Source of the DNA: Eledone cirrhosa
Lineage: Eukaryota
Assembly (NCBI GenBank): GCA_964016885.1
Contig: OZ024743.1
Location: 33,604,001-33,668,000 of the forward strand
Direction of reading: 5' to 3'
DNA length: 64,000 nt
The notes below the pieces were generated by a model. The model was not told the origin of the DNA. It ran no database searches and worked only from the letters and a program-made list of their open reading frames with translations. Shown here in pieces: positions 1-14,614 of this stretch. Both the position numbers and the translations under genes were made by a program. Position 1 is the first letter of the stretch, and every line of letters starts with the position of its first letter.

Positions 1-370
1 ATATTAAAACACTACATTACTATATATTAAAACACTACATTACTATATATTAAAACACTACATTACTATATATTAAAACACTACATTACTATATATTAAA
101 ACACTACATTACTATATATTATACTCTATATTACAACATTACAGCACTATATATTACATCACAGCAAAATTATTTATTTAAACACTACAGTACTATATAT
201 TAAAACTCTACATTATTATATCTTTAAATGCTACAGTACTATATATTACATTACCTTCCTATATATTACACTACCTTCCTATATATTACACTACATTACT
301 ATATATTAAACTCAACATTACTATATAGTACATCATTACAGTACTATATATTAATACACTACATTACTAT
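1..370. repeat. 23-bp minisatellite (ATATTAAAACACTACATTACTAT)n, decaying rightwards
   Basis: About 5 exact units at 1-120, then degenerate units. Confidence 0.9.
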
Positions 371-1684
371 TGTCATCATTATCATCCTTATCATTTAACA
401 TGAGCTCTTCCATGCTTGCTAGGCTTAGATAGGTATTACAAAACTACAATACTATATAATACTACATTATTATATATTCATGTTGAATCCTAATTTATTA
501 TTTTTTAAGTGTGCAGAATGTACTTATTAAACAAAAAAAATAGAACCAGTTCCAGAAACTGATTGTTTTCATCCTTGACTTGAATTGGTAAGCAAATCCT
601 AATACCTACATGACCTAATCTCACTATGGGAGAGAAGAAAAAAGAACTAGTGATATTTTTACTAAGACAGTATCATAGCAACTAGAAAGAATTTAAAGAA
701 GTATCTATTGCTTGTATGTTAACAAAGAAATCCCCTGTTTTTATGAAAGAATGTTGTATCATCACCATCATATATGTTTTATATGTTAGCATGGGTTGAG
801 GGGGTTGTTACAGTCTCAGATAAGACAGGTTAGATGTCCACATATTGCTGGTATGTTCTGTATTTTGTATGGTTCCTATGACTGGATGCCCTTTGTAGTG
901 TCAACCACTTTACAGACTGTACTGGGCACATTTTATAGTGGCAAGAACACTAGAGAGGTTGTCATGCTTGCAAAACTGAAGAGTTCTCCTTATATATATT
1001 GTATGTGTGTATTTAGAATGTAATGCTTGTATAATAAAGGAAATCTAGTTAGAAAATTATTGCCAACAATTAAAAAAAAAATGTATACTCTACTAGATGT
1101 GCAATGTAAATCTGAGAGGTAATGTATAAATGTAAAGAATTTGTTTTAACCTGTTTATGACTGAATTTCTAATAAAATTTATTGTATTTTAATTAATGCA
1201 GAATTTGAAGGAATTTTCAAAAATTAATTATTTCATTAAGATGGTATTTGAAATATAACTTAATAAAAGGTTCTTAATTAAAATTATGTTGGAATGTTTC
1301 AATTTAAATAGGAACTTTTTAAAATGAGTGGTTTTGTTTCATATTCTGCTCAAGTATCTCAACAATTTCTTAGGAACTACACAAATCATCATTATTGAAT
1401 GTCCATTTTTTATGTTAGCAAGGGTTGGACTAGTTGTCACAGACTGAATCAGTACTCAAGCAGGGCTAATAATGTCAGATGGGCCGGGAGCCTGTATATC
1501 ACTTACATACACCCCTGCACACTACTGAGTACATTTTATCATGACACCAGTGTATGGGAGGTTGTCATGTCTTTGACATAGCTTGAAGAGTCCTCCTGAT
1601 CCTTTGTTTGGTTGTTTTTTTTCTGTGGTTGGATGATTTTCCTGACATCAACCATTTGATCTACATCATAAACATCAACCATTT

Positions 1685-1746
1685 GATCTACATGATAAAC
1701 ACACCTACTATACTATAGTATAGTAGGTGTGTTTATCATGTAGATC
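1685..1746. repeat. Perfect 62-bp spacerless palindrome inside a degenerate RTE-tail repeat
   Basis: GATCTACATGATAAACACACCTACTATACTA is followed directly by its exact reverse complement. Confidence 0.9.
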
Positions 1747-2924
1747 ACTAACCCTAGAGAGGTTGTCATGTTTTGACAATGGAAGAGTCCTTCACCTCCA
1801 CTCCCACATAATTTCTTTCACAACCATTCTACAACTAAGTGCTCTTTCTATCATCGATGCCCTTCCTATCACAAATGTACTCAAATTTTTTCCATTGATT
1901 TTTTTTCATACATTCCCAAAGAACAGCTTATATTAGATTTATTAAATAAGTCTTTTCTATCCAAATCCATTACATATATTTTATGTTATTGATCTCTTGA
2001 TCCTGATTTATAGAAAGAGAATGATTATTTAGTTTCTGTAGATCATTTAATTTTCTTAGACTTCTGCTGTCTTTTGAAATAGCAATGTTTAATTTTATTT
2101 TACACATTTCTAGATCCTTTTGTATTTCTTATCTTGGTCACCTTCATGGCTAACCTCATTCAATCAACTGGAACTGATAGCTTTGTTGATCATCATAGAA
2201 TAAGCGAAACAGAAAAATGTAAAATGGGAGTATGAGAAATAGAAAAAGACCTTACATCTTAGTTCTAAGAAGTACACAGCATTCTTATTTAGGTTGTTCG
2301 TCTCAGAGGAGAAATAAATGAAACAGCACTTTGGTAAAAGTTGTATTGCCAGCCTATAAGGATTATGTCTGCCATTTTTCTAATATCTTTTATCAAAAGT
2401 TGTTTAAGCTTCACTGCATTGCTCTATTCTTTACTTTAGTGAATATATAATTTTACATTGCTTTAGTATTTAGCCAAACATTTACATTTATTTGTAGTTC
2501 TTTATCTTTGTGTTCTGCTAGTTAATATCTAACTGACTGACAACTGAGACTTAATTATTATATTGACTAGTAATTAGGTTTTTGTTCATATCAGATAAAA
2601 ACCTAATATATATATTGTAGATTGCTCTGAAGTGAACAATAAAATTAGTTTGTTATATATAACTATATATCTACAATTTTAGTATGTAATGAGTATTATT
2701 GTCATAGTGTAATTTATTTTAATTTGTTGTGTTTAATTCTAATATATTTCTATTTCAAATTACATTTTAAAAAAAATTTCTGTTTTTTACTGTGCAGCTT
2801 ATTTCACAATTCTGTGTTTGAGTTCTTAATTTATCATATTACATCTGTTTTACTTACATGGGTAGGATGAAGACCAGAGCTTAACCCAAGTCAGGGGCCT
2901 TAAGCATTTGAAAGTGCATGACTC

Positions 2925-3107
2925 ATCACTCCTCTAAAAAAGATGCTAGTCCAGTGCAGGATTAGCCGCAAGCTGATGGTACTCATTTTCAGCTGGGTGA
3001 ACTAGAGCAATGTGAAATGAAGTGCCTTGCTCTAGGAAAGAATGTATTACTTTGCCTGGAAATCAAATCCATGACCTTATGATCACAAGCCCAATACCTT
3101 AACCACA
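2925..3107 (-). mobile_element. Degenerate tRNA/CORE-like SINE head
   Basis: Similar to 55195-55330 (cagctgggtgaactagagcaatgtgaaatgaagtgccttgctc). Confidence 0.6.
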
Positions 3108-3292
3108 ATTGCTTGCTTATAACAGCTAAATTGAACTTCTACAGCTTTGGAGATTTAGAGTTTTTGATTTAGGAAACTGCTTTATATTTAGTTTTAGTAT
3201 AATTCCTATCTTAAAGTATGGTACAAAGTGCTCAGTAGTTTATACCTAGATATATAGTTACTTTCTTATGAAATGCTACTGAACAAAATTTT

Positions 3293-3550
3293 TTTATCCT
3301 TTCGTCTCCAAATTTCTAATGAAATAGATTGTCTGTGTTTCAATAAATTTTGGAAATAATAGAACATTTGGGAGAATTTAGTAAAATAATTAACCATTCA
3401 ATTATTAAGATGGCTTATGGAACACAAGACAAAGTTCTAAGATAAAACCATGTTAGATGGTTTTAATATAAATATGAACACTGTAAAATGGACAGTTTTA
3501 TACCATAGAATCAGGAGTGGTTTTGGGTAGGTTTGTATGAAAAGGGTTAA
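3293..3550 (+). mobile_element. TTAA/piggyBac-like MITE family B (about 250 bp), degenerate
   Basis: Ends ...GAAAAGGGTTAA; internal similarity to copies at 21431, 23894, 43630 and 49767. Confidence 0.6.
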
Positions 3551-5419
3551 TAAAGTAACCATAATTTCTATACTTTATTTATATTTTATTCCACTCAAGA
3601 AATGATTCTTTTTCTGCTCCTTTTAGTCAAGCATATATCTTATCACACATCAAGAGAACCCTTGATAGACAGACTTCTGAGCCACTTTATTATTATGTTG
3701 TTAATTTCTGTGAGTTACTGTTAGTCAGTTCTTCTGGTACCATTCTTTTCTGTGTTAATTATTGATTTTTATCCAGTAAGTACCTTAGGACTTTCTGACT
3801 AAGAAAACTGTTTTTTATAGTGTTACTTTCCCTTTTTAGTTATTTTTTCCATTTTTTACATCTACTTGAGTATTATTTTCCCATTTGTTCAAATATATAA
3901 CTAAATACATTTCATGAATTCAATACCACATACTTTTCTGTAAACTATAAGCCTGGCATGTCCCCCCCCCCATATATTTGCAGATACATAAATATACAAT
4001 GCATATATATATATTTATATATTCATATATACATATATGTGTGCGTGTACATATAATATATATATATATACACACACACACACATATACATACATTAACA
4101 CACACACATATAATCTTTATTGTTTTTCTTTCTCATACTCTATTTCATCTTTCAAGCATTTTTCCTATTCGACTTGTTCTGCTTTGTTTTCACATATTTT
4201 GACTCATAAAAGAAACTCTATGGTCACCTCTTATCTTCGATACCATATATTTATTTACATGCAGTAGGGACATACATGCATGATTTTGTTATGATTCTTT
4301 CGTTTCTTATATTCAATATCATTTCTTTGAACTCTTAATATTTCTTAACAACATTTACCGTAGCTTCGTGACCTAGAAACCATTGTAATTTTCTAATTCT
4401 GTTTCACCAACTTTCAATGGAAATATTCAATCCCCATGAATAGAATTGATTGTATCCGTCAAAGGAATGTTTCCATATTCTACACATGTATGCCTGTGTG
4501 TGAGTACACATGTATGCTTATGTGAAAGCAATAGGTTTAGTGTTTTTGGTGTTCAGTTCGATTCTTGTGGTGTGTTATCATCAAGCAAAAAATTTATTTC
4601 GTGGTGCACCATTTCTCTCAGCTAGGAGAAATGAATTGTGCCAGTTTTGTCACACACACTTTGTCACACTGATTCTTCTTGAGAATTATATAAGAAGTCT
4701 TTGGAATGTTCAGCCACTTGTCCCGTTGATGAAACAAGGTTCAACAACGTGTATGCTTATATGTGAGCATACACATAACACATACTTATGTTTGTTTTCA
4801 AGTGGTATTGCAGAATAGTTACACTGCTTGAGCGTGTTCAGTAAATTTTTCTAATTTTTTACTCTGTTGCTAATGAGTATTGAAAGATACTTTGAAGCAT
4901 AAAAGTTGCATTACTGCAGTGGTTTATGAACTTATTTTATTGCCCAACACTTAAACAATTCTTTGAAAAAATGCAAAATTTATACCTATATTTTATGATC
5001 AGTTTCCACGTCCTTAACTATAAGAAGACATTAAATGAAATGAAAGAAATTTATTAATATAAAAAAGTATTTAATGCAGTTTTATTAATTATATTTTAAA
5101 AAAAACAAAACAACCTTATCTCATGGAACCTTTGAATTCTGGATGGAACTTTGAGCTTCCTCAAAAGGCAATATAGGAAACACTACATTAGGGGATAAAT
5201 AATATAAAACTTATTTATATAAGAAATTATAAATTTTTTTATAAAATTTTATTTAAAAAAAAAACTTATTTTAAGAAATCCCAGAATTTTTTGTAGATTC
5301 ATAGGGGTCCTTGGAACACACTTCAGGAAACACTGGATAGATAGTATGGTAGCTATTGCAATTTGCAGAAGCAATTATTATCACTGATTTTCTGAAATGT
5401 ATATTTTTGTTGAAGGGTG

Positions 5420-6095
5420 GGTGGTGTAAGTTTATGCACCAAACAAGGAGTCTGAATACAGATCCTTCCTTGATGAAGTAACTGCAGTGTTAGATGTAGT
5501 TAATACTGAGTCATAAATCTTGTTGGGAGACTTCAATGTACATGTTGGCATGACCACCTGATATGGAAAGCAGTGATTAGAATATGAATGGAGAGGCCTT
5601 AGACTTCTGTTCTAGCAATGGACTCTCTATTCTGAACACCTTCCTCCAACACAGAGACATACATAAATATACATGGTGTAAGGGAAATCAAGGATTGAAA
5701 GAATACGATCGGGAATACACGCGGTCGAAATGGGGTTCCTTCGAAGGGTCTTTGAAGTACTGTTAATTGATAAAGTGCATAGCTTGGCGAGCAGAAAGTC
5801 ACTCCAGGCAGAGCCGCTACTTCTCTGAATTAAGAGATCACAGTTCTAATGTTATGGGCAAGTGGTTAGAATGTCTCAGGAAAAAAATTGCTGGACAGAT
5901 TTTACGGGCAAAAACCAACTAACAGGAGACCCAGGGGGTAGACCCCGAGCAAGATGGTTGGATAACATCCATGAGTTTAGCTGCTTTTGCTTGGAGATCT
6001 AGCTGGATCAGTAGGAGACAGTTACTTTTGACAGAAGCCACTGGAAAGAGTGTTTGAAGACTCTCTCCCCATGACCCTCTTAGGAATAAGTGGGT
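5420..6095 (+). pseudogene. Old, internally deleted RTE-clade LINE fragment (APE endonuclease joined to RT C-terminus)
   Basis: Translates to VYAPN..., LLGDFNVHVG, NGLSILNTFLQHRDIHKYTW, then EPLLL and RPRGRPRARW-like motifs, with stops and frameshifts. Confidence 0.75.
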
Positions 6096-6967
6096 GAAAA
6101 AAGGAGAGTGGAAAATGATAGTTGCTGATTATAATTATTTTCATGGTTTTTATCTATTCTATGCAGCTATTAACATCCATATTATTGACAAATTCATACA
6201 AGTGTGTATAAAAACCCCACATGAGAAATCACATGACATAACACCAACTATAATTCCTTTAAAATGTGACTTCTATTAAGTGTGAATCTACTGTCTAAAA
6301 AAATTAGAAGTTAAAATATACAAATTCTCTGATGATGATATATTTTTAATTAGTAGGTCACATTCATTTGTGGAAAATAATGTACTGAAGGATATCATAA
6401 AATACTGATGTGACCTCATTTAGTTGAAATGCCATGTTATTATTAGCTGATTAATTATTTTTTCTTTTTCTTTTAAAATTTGGTTTTTGATTTTCATTGA
6501 AGCACTTAAATACAGTCTCTCCATTTCCTATGTCTCATCTATTATTTCTCACATCAAACATATAATGAATACAATCAATGAGCTAGTGAGAGTGTATCTC
6601 GAGCAACATGAGAAGACTGAAGCATCTTGTAACATAGAGTTAGTAAATTACTTGCAGTTTTTGAATGGTGGAAATTTCTCAAAGGTTGAAAATAAGAAAT
6701 TAATGAATTGTTCAATTTGTTACAAAAATTAGTTTGTAAATAATATTAACAGGTTTGTAAGTAATATTTAATTTTTGTTTTATCTAACCTTCATGTATAC
6801 ATATACACAGTGTGTGTCTGTCTATATGTCTGTCTGATTGATAGCAGAATTATAAGACAAAATTCCTACTGATATTTAGTTAGGACATTATGTAACAGAC
6901 TTGTCTAACCCATGCAAGCATAGAAATGTAGATGTAAAATCAACTAGGAAATTTTGCTCACCTTTTT

Positions 6968-7388
6968 TAAACCTTTTATATTTTACTTGAAAGGCACTGT
7001 TTGGGATTTTCACACAATTTTGAATATAATCAAGATCTTTTAACCCTTTAGCATTTAAACTGGCCAAAACTGGCCACTCATACCTATGTTAAGGTATTCT
7101 TCTCAAAATAAGTCATATCAAAATCGCATAGATTCGATATTATGTGAGATAAGGTAAAGCCTTTACTGTGAAAATATAATAGTTTATAGAGAGTAATGTA
7201 AATGCTAAAGGGTTAAAAATTTAGTAAAATAACTAACTTCATTAAACTAGTATTTGGAGCATAACTTAAAATTTCTTTGATAAAACTATGATGGAAGGTT
7301 TGTAGATAAACATAAACATTTTAAAGTAAATGGTTTTGTATTATAGAATCGGGGGTGGTTTCAGGTGGTTTGGAATCAGAAAGGTTAA
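6968..7388 (+). mobile_element. MITE family B copy split by a family A MITE
   Basis: Family B sequence resumes on both sides of 7040-7216; ends AAAGGTTAA. Confidence 0.65.
7040..7216 (+). mobile_element. piggyBac-like MITE family A
   Basis: TTAA-CCCTTTAGCATTTA...TAAATGCTAAAGGG-TTAA terminal inverted repeats with TTAA on both sides. Confidence 0.85.
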
Positions 7389-7699
7389 AACCACTAATAC
7401 TTCAAACCTCACATTTTTGTATCACTGAATATTTTCACATTTTTTCTAGCTCTTAGATGCATTGCTTAATTAACCACTAATAATACAATTGTTTGAAACT
7501 GAATAATGACTTTTATGGATCAAAGTTAATGGAATAGACATTGATTCCATAGTTCATGGGATTAATTGTCTTTCTATAGAAATAGCTAGATGTAACCATT
7601 TACAATTTTTACAGCTGAAAAGTATTAGCTGATGGAATTTAATGTCAATTAGAGAATTAGATATAGTAAAAAATAATGGTTTTAAAATAAAATCCTCCT

Positions 7700-8130
7700 C
7701 CTCATCATCATTTAATGTTCATTTTCCATGCTAGCATGGGTAGGACAGGCTGTCCCTTTGTGAGAGATCTGGTTGGAGGACCATGTTTTGCTTACACACA
7801 GCTGATTTTGGCTCAGTTTGTATGGCTATATATCCTTCCTAGCAGCAACCACATTTACAGGGTGTGCTGGGCGCTTTTTGTCGTGACACCTACCCAACCA
7901 CTTTACAGTGTGGACTGGACACTTTTTGTTGTCACCAACTTGACCACTTTACAGTGTGGACTGGACACTTTTTGTTGTCACCAACTTGACCACTTTACAG
8001 TGTGGACTGGACACTTTTTGTTATGTCACCAACTTGACCACTTTAGTGTGGACTGGACACTTTTTGTTATGTCACCAACTTGACCACTTTACAGTGTGGA
8101 CTGGACACTTTTTGTTGTGACACCAACACA
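7700..8130 (-). mobile_element. RTE-tail SINE/LINE 3' fragment with about 6 tandem 46-bp subrepeats
   Basis: (CAT)n tail, CCATGCTAGCATGG hairpin, repeated gtcaccaacttgaccactttacagtgtggactggacactttttgtt. Confidence 0.75.
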
Positions 8131-9121
8131 AATAATTAAAATTTCCTATAGCAATGGTAAAAGAGTCAGACAGTACCAGATTTAAATATGAGCTAATTGG
8201 GCTGCAACTCAGGACCTCATAGTTCAAGGAGTCCTATTCTGTTTTAAATACATATTAAAATATAGCTAAGTAAGAAACATTTTTGTTAAAACTTAGAATA
8301 TTATAATTGTTATTAAATACATTTCTTTTTCTATGCTTGTTACTTCTATTTCAGACATTGGCAGAGAGAAAATGTTGGATTATCAGTATCATTCTATGTG
8401 TAGGCCAATAAACATGTACTTTAGATTTTCATTAGGTTTCTTGCTAGTAGGTACTGGGGTTCCCTAATGTTATCTAGTCCAGGACTCTGAGTTACTTCAA
8501 TCCAGCCCTGGTCAGAAGGACAAATATGCCTGGGTCAAGGGATGCAAATTAATGATATTGCCTCGAAATATTAGATATTAGGGGGTCATTGCATTTGTAG
8601 TAACTTTGAGGGTTTTAGTTACATGTTCAGGTGTAGAGAGTATGTAGTACAAGACTATTTCATGACATGTTTACTGTGATATTAAAGGAGACTAGTTTTA
8701 AAGGTTTCTTATGATGGAAGCATGTAACATGAAATGTCTAGGTTGAATGTATATGATGCCTTGTACAAACATTAAGAATAACAACATCTGCTTAGGAGTG
8801 TATGTGGTTAGTTGTAACGGCAAATAGATCATTAATGTATAGAAAAAAGTATATGGAAGACATGATAAAATTCTGACATGGTAGAATTTATATAATATAG
8901 GTCAAAATAAGACTCAATAGAACTCAGTGATACAGAGCAATTTATCAGGTAATCTCCCATCCAAGACATTATACATAATTAGACTATAGGTAAGCAATTT
9001 AGCTTGGAGCTTCTCATGTGAGATAAACTCTCAAAATTGCTGATATGCAAGGCAACTAAATTGCTGTTGCAAGGTAGAAGAGAGTTATTATGGCAGATCT
9101 GAATCTACAGAAAATGCTACA

Positions 9122-9331
9122 TTAACCTTTTAGCATTTAAACCGGCTGTATCTGGTCAGGATTTTCTCATATCTTTCTGTTCAAACCGGCTGTAACCAGC
9201 TGCTCGTACTTATATTAAATTATTGTTCTCAAAATATATAACATCAAAATCTTGTAGATTCAATATCATGTGAGATAACTATATGAAAATACAACAGTAT
9301 ATATAGAGTAATGTAAATGCTAAAGGATTAA
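9122..9331 (+). mobile_element. piggyBac-like MITE family A
   Basis: Same TIRs and internal sequence as 7040; TTAA flanks. Confidence 0.8.
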
Positions 9332-10767
9332 TTTTATTAATACCAGCCCACTGGAAATTGTTACTGATACTACAGTTCAAAGCAGTTTATTTTGAAGTGT
9401 TTAGATTTATGTAAAAACCTTCCACCATCATCCTATGTGAGAACCTTGAAATTATGTTCCAAACACCATCTTAATAATGAGACAGTTATATTACTGAATC
9501 CTGCAAAATTTTTGATTATATTGAAAATTATTTGAAAATGATAGGCAGTGTCTTTCATTAGAAAGGAGTAATATAGATTGATTGTAATTTTTTTATTTTA
9601 TGATAGCAAGAATTTGATAAAATTTTGATATTTTCTTTTCAACAATAAATTTGTCAATATATTTGTATATGCATGTAAATCTAAGATAAATGTAGGTTTG
9701 GCTAGAGCTCTGAATTATATGTCTTAGTGTGAAAACCTCAACAAATATAAATATAATAATGTAAAGACATTAATTTCTATTACCTTTATTTTTGTGTTAT
9801 TAAATGTAATTTATGTTTGGTTTGCAGTTTCTAATGCTATATACCAAGTACATTATTTTCTGGTGCTGTGTACTGAAATAGTATTATTCAAGCAACACAC
9901 TCATTACTTTACTTTCGTATATTTATTTTCTATTTTACATTTTTATTTTAGGAATTTCTTGATTTCTTAAAAAAGACATTCATTTTTGTTTTGAACATTT
10001 TAATATTTTTGAAGTGAACATAAATTTATTGTTGATTAATGGTACTATTATTGCTCTATCTTCATCACTCCTCTTTCTACCTCAAATATATCTTAAAGTT
10101 TTAGTTAATTAGCAGAGAGTAGTTAATGTAGATATAAAAATATGTTGAGCAAACAATGACCTAAACCATCAATCAGCAATAAGATAATAAAGATTTCCAT
10201 TTAATTAAATTGAAAATTGAATTTAGTTTACCTCTTCAATTCATTTTATGTTTATCAATTTAAATAATGAAAAATATAACAACAAAACCATGAAGTTGTC
10301 TTGTATTTTTCTTTTCTTGAAGTTTCTGTGGGCAATAAATTAATATTGTTGCTTATATTTTACTTCTGCCTGGAATTTATTGTTTGACAGCCCATGGTTT
10401 ATCTTCTGTAAATCTCAGAAATAGAATTGGTTTTTGTATGAAATTGATAAGCTAGAATGAATAGAAAGGTTGTGGAATTTAGAAAAATTTAGAATAAATA
10501 CTTAAAAGTAGAATCAAGAATAATCTTTTTTCTTATATAATTGAACATGCATATTTTCTCTCATGAATTTTTTTGCTCTAGTTAATTACTACTGATTTTC
10601 TTTTTGTAAATCATATTAACTAGTTCCACACTGTAAACATGGTAGGTGTTAGGAAGGGGATCGAGCTGTAAAATACCCGGCCAAATCTATAGTCCTCATC
10701 AGAGCAAGGTGATACGGCCAACCATGGCCAGACATGCTTCCTGGCATGGATGACCCGTCTAACCCAT

Positions 10768-10919
<152 letters not shown>

Positions 10920-11489
10920 TATCTCTCTCTTTCTCTCTCCCCTCTCTCTCACTCTCTCTCTCTCATGAGATGCAGCAACTTTAATGGAGACAAGCTAGTC
11001 TTGTAACGTGTGAGCTGCAGCAGCAACAGAAACACACATGTATAAATGAACAAAATCTATTTACATGGAAGATACTTAGCTACATTTATAAAACTACAAA
11101 TGATATGCAGCATGTCTATATTGTCATGAAACCTAGTATAAAGTGAAAAATATTTGTTACATGGGAATATAGTTCCATTTTGGCAATAGGTTTGTACAAA
11201 GAAAATCTTTACTATTGTCAAGGGTATGAAAATGGGGAAATTACTATGAACAAGTAATTTAAATGAGTAACTAATTTTTCTTCACCTCCTTTCTGGCACA
11301 GATATGTCTTTTTTTATTTCCTTGTTCTTTCTGATCATCTCATTTTCTCACCCATCCCTCTTCTCTGCATTTATAAATTGCCAACAATTTACTGTTGAGA
11401 GATATTGAATATATCAATTTAGAGACACAGTAGATCCATCTATCAATATTTCTGTCTCTTTATCTTTCATGCTTACTCTCTCTCTGCTT

Positions 11490-11700
11490 AAACACACACA
11501 CGCAGTCACATGCACACAAACACAGTCACACATACACAGTCACACATACACACACAGTCACATGCACACAAACACAGTCACACAAACACAGTCACACATA
11601 CACAGTCACATGCACACAAACACAGTCACACATACACAGTCACACATACACACACAGTCACACAAATGCACACAAACACATTCACACATATACTCACATA
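11490..11700. repeat. CA-rich compound repeat (CACAGTCACA units)
   Basis: Direct reading. Confidence 0.85.
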
Positions 11701-12252
11701 TATGTAGAAAATTCTTAAGATTATGCCAAAATGCCCTCATGCAAAAAAAGCTGTCATTATCTTTAATCTATCCAAGTTTGATGAAGCATGACTGTGCTGC
11801 ATTCTATGTTTTTATACCAAAATTAAATTCTAAAAGCTTTCAACTGCTATTCTTTCTCATTCTATATATATTTATATTCCCAGCATCTGGAAATCTTGAA
11901 TTTTTTTAAATAATTTATTTATAGAGCAGATAGTTTTAATAGTTTTGTTCTGTTTTTAATATATTAATATTGTCCCTAATATTTACTTTAAGCCTTGATA
12001 TGATGCAGTAAAAGAATATAGATACATGAAAGACATAATGATATGGGAGGGGGTCTTTTAGGAGTGTCTGATAATGAAAGTATTGTAACACATAGGAATA
12101 GAGACACAGAAATACATAAATAGATATTGTGATGAGTACAGAAATATAGCTAAACACATGAAGGATTGTGAAAAGTTGCCAGGATACACACAAACATACT
12201 ACATACATAGTGTAAACATATTAAAAGCTGCACAAATAACTATATAAACACA

Positions 12253-12950
12253 TTCACTCACTCACTCACTCACTCACTCACTCACTCACTCGCTCGCTCG
12301 CTCACTCACTCGCTCGCTCACTCACTCACTCGCTCACTCACTCACTCACTCACTCACTCACTCACTCACTCACTCACTCACTCACTCACTCACTCACTCA
12401 CTCACTCACTCACTCACTCACTCACTCACTCACAGTGTAAACATACCAAAAACTGCACAAATAACTATATAAACACACTCACTCACTCACTCACTCACTC
12501 ACTCACTCACATACACACTCACTCACTCACTCACATACTCACTCACACACACACTCACTCACATACACACTCACTCACTCACACATACACACACTCACAC
12601 TCACACATACACACCCACTCACTCACATACCCACTCACTCACATATACACTCACTCACTCACACATACTCACTCACTCTCACATACTCACTCACTCACTC
12701 TCACATACTCACTCACTCTCACATACACACTCACTCACTCTCACATACACACTCACTCACTCACACATACACTAACTCACTCACACACTCACTCACTCTC
12801 ACATACACTCACCCACTCTCACATGCACACACATACACATACACACTCACACATTCACACACACATACACACTAACACACACACACTCACTCACACACAT
12901 ACACACTCACACATTAATTCACCTACACATACACATATACTCACACATAC
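12253..12950. repeat. (CACT)n microsatellite and derived CA/CT low-complexity tract
   Basis: Direct reading; a 44-bp unique segment is duplicated at about 12208 and 12433. Confidence 0.95.
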
Positions 12951-13009
12951 AGAATGACAGTAATAATAAGAAATGCAACAGAAAACAGTATGACCATTAT
13001 ACATAAAAA

Positions 13010-13197
13010 TAATTGTTTCTACTTTTGGCACAAGGCCAGCAATTATCCCAGTGTATTACTGGTACTTTATTTTATCGACCCCGTAAGGATGAAAGCAAAG
13101 TGAACCTCAGCGGGATTTGAACTCAGACCATAAAGGGACGTAGCTATGCTGGAAAGCATGGCGTCCGACTCTCTAACAATACTGCCAATCCACCGCT
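13010..13197 (-). mobile_element. tRNA-derived SINE family S1
   Basis: Minus strand has A-box-like TGGCAGTATTG, B-box GAGTTCAAATCC, a TTTCATCCTTACGGGGTCGATAAA core and a GGCCTTGTGCCAAAAGTAGAAAC tail. Confidence 0.85.
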
Positions 13198-13215
13198 CTG
13201 TGTGTGTGTGTGTCC

Positions 13216-13259
<44 letters not shown>

Positions 13260-13614
13260 TATATCCGTGCATATGTATATTACTGTTATTATACATAAAA
13301 ATAATAACAGTAATATACATATGCACGAATATACCACACACACACACTACTAAAAGACAAAGAGAAGGTAAGACAATACACATGGATATACCACACAGTC
13401 ACTAGAGAAAGACAAAGAGAAGAGAAAAAAGATGGAGTAACAGGTGAAGGGGAGAGACAGGGCAACAAGTCATTGATAAGGTCAGAGAATGTGTGATAGA
13501 AAACTTTGACAATTAGTTAAATAGCCATCTGGTTGTTTAACCAAATGGCTATTTACTTGATTGCACTGGTGTTTATTGGCAATATGACCCACTTAAAGTA
13601 TAACAATAAATTTA

Positions 13615-13764
13615 TTCTTTCATTCTTTTACTGGTCAATAGACTGTGGCCATGCTTGGGCACACCCGTGAAATCACACCAACCCCAGCACTTATTTTGTC
13701 AGTCTCTCATTTATTGACACATACATGCACACACACACACACACACAGACACACACACACACAC

Positions 13765-13819
<55 letters not shown>

Positions 13820-14015
13820 CACTCACACTGTCACACTCACTCTCACTGACATGGACACGCACGCACGCACACACGGACACTCACTCACTCACTCTCAATC
13901 ACACACACATGGACATGGACACACACGCACGCACACACACACGGACACACACGTTCACTCACACTGTCACACTCACTCTCTCTCACTCACACTCACTCTC
14001 ACACACACGGACATG

Positions 14016-14057
<42 letters not shown>

Positions 14058-14085
14058 CACACACGATGGACTTCCATACAGTCAA
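13615..14085 (-). mobile_element. Microsatellite-containing SINE (family S3) with long internal CA/GACA tract
   Basis: Flanks resemble 28870-29030 and the reverse complement of 53460-53472 (GAAGCCCATC). Confidence 0.55.
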
Positions 14086-14427
14086 ACATCATTATTCTTT
14101 AACCAATATTATTCCATTGTCATAAAATATGTTGGTATAGAGGTGTCTTATATTTCTTATAAGAATATCGAAACATCTTGAAACTTTGACTAATATTATT
14201 CTGTTTTAAATATTGAGTCAGTGCTGATTATTTTACTATAACCTTGTCTAATACTTCTACAGCCACATCTCAACACAGCTTTGGTTATAATATTACATTG
14301 ATTTAGTTACATCATATTTTTCTACTCATCTTACATTGATTCCTAGCATGTTCATCTTTAATTACTAGTTTCTAGAACATTGACAACACTCAGAGAAAGC
14401 CCACAACATTCATTTTTATATATATGA

Positions 14428-14612
14428 TAATTGTTTCTACTTTTGGCACAAGGCCAACGATCATCCCAGTGTATTACTGCTACTTTATTTTATCGACCCC
14501 GTAAAGATGAAAGGCAAAGTTAACCTCGGCAGGATTTGAACTCAGACCACAAAGGGCCGTAACTCTTTGCTGTAAAGCATGGCGTCCGACCCTCTACCGA
14601 TACTGCCAATCC
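14428..14612 (-). mobile_element. tRNA-derived SINE family S1
   Basis: Closely similar to 13010-13197. Confidence 0.85.
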
Positions 14613-14614
14613 AA

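Noticed and set aside
2113-2235. Possible small exon (AG|ATCC..., hydrophobic PFVFLILVTFMANLIQS)
   Set aside because: No recognisable homology, weak donor site, no partner exons; chance in AT-rich DNA is likely.
6487-6732. 81-aa ORF in unique sequence
   Set aside because: No motif and no clear splice signals.
10690-10705. CTGATGAGGAC on the minus strand
   Set aside because: No stem II closure or GAAA box; lies within an RTE-tail repeat.
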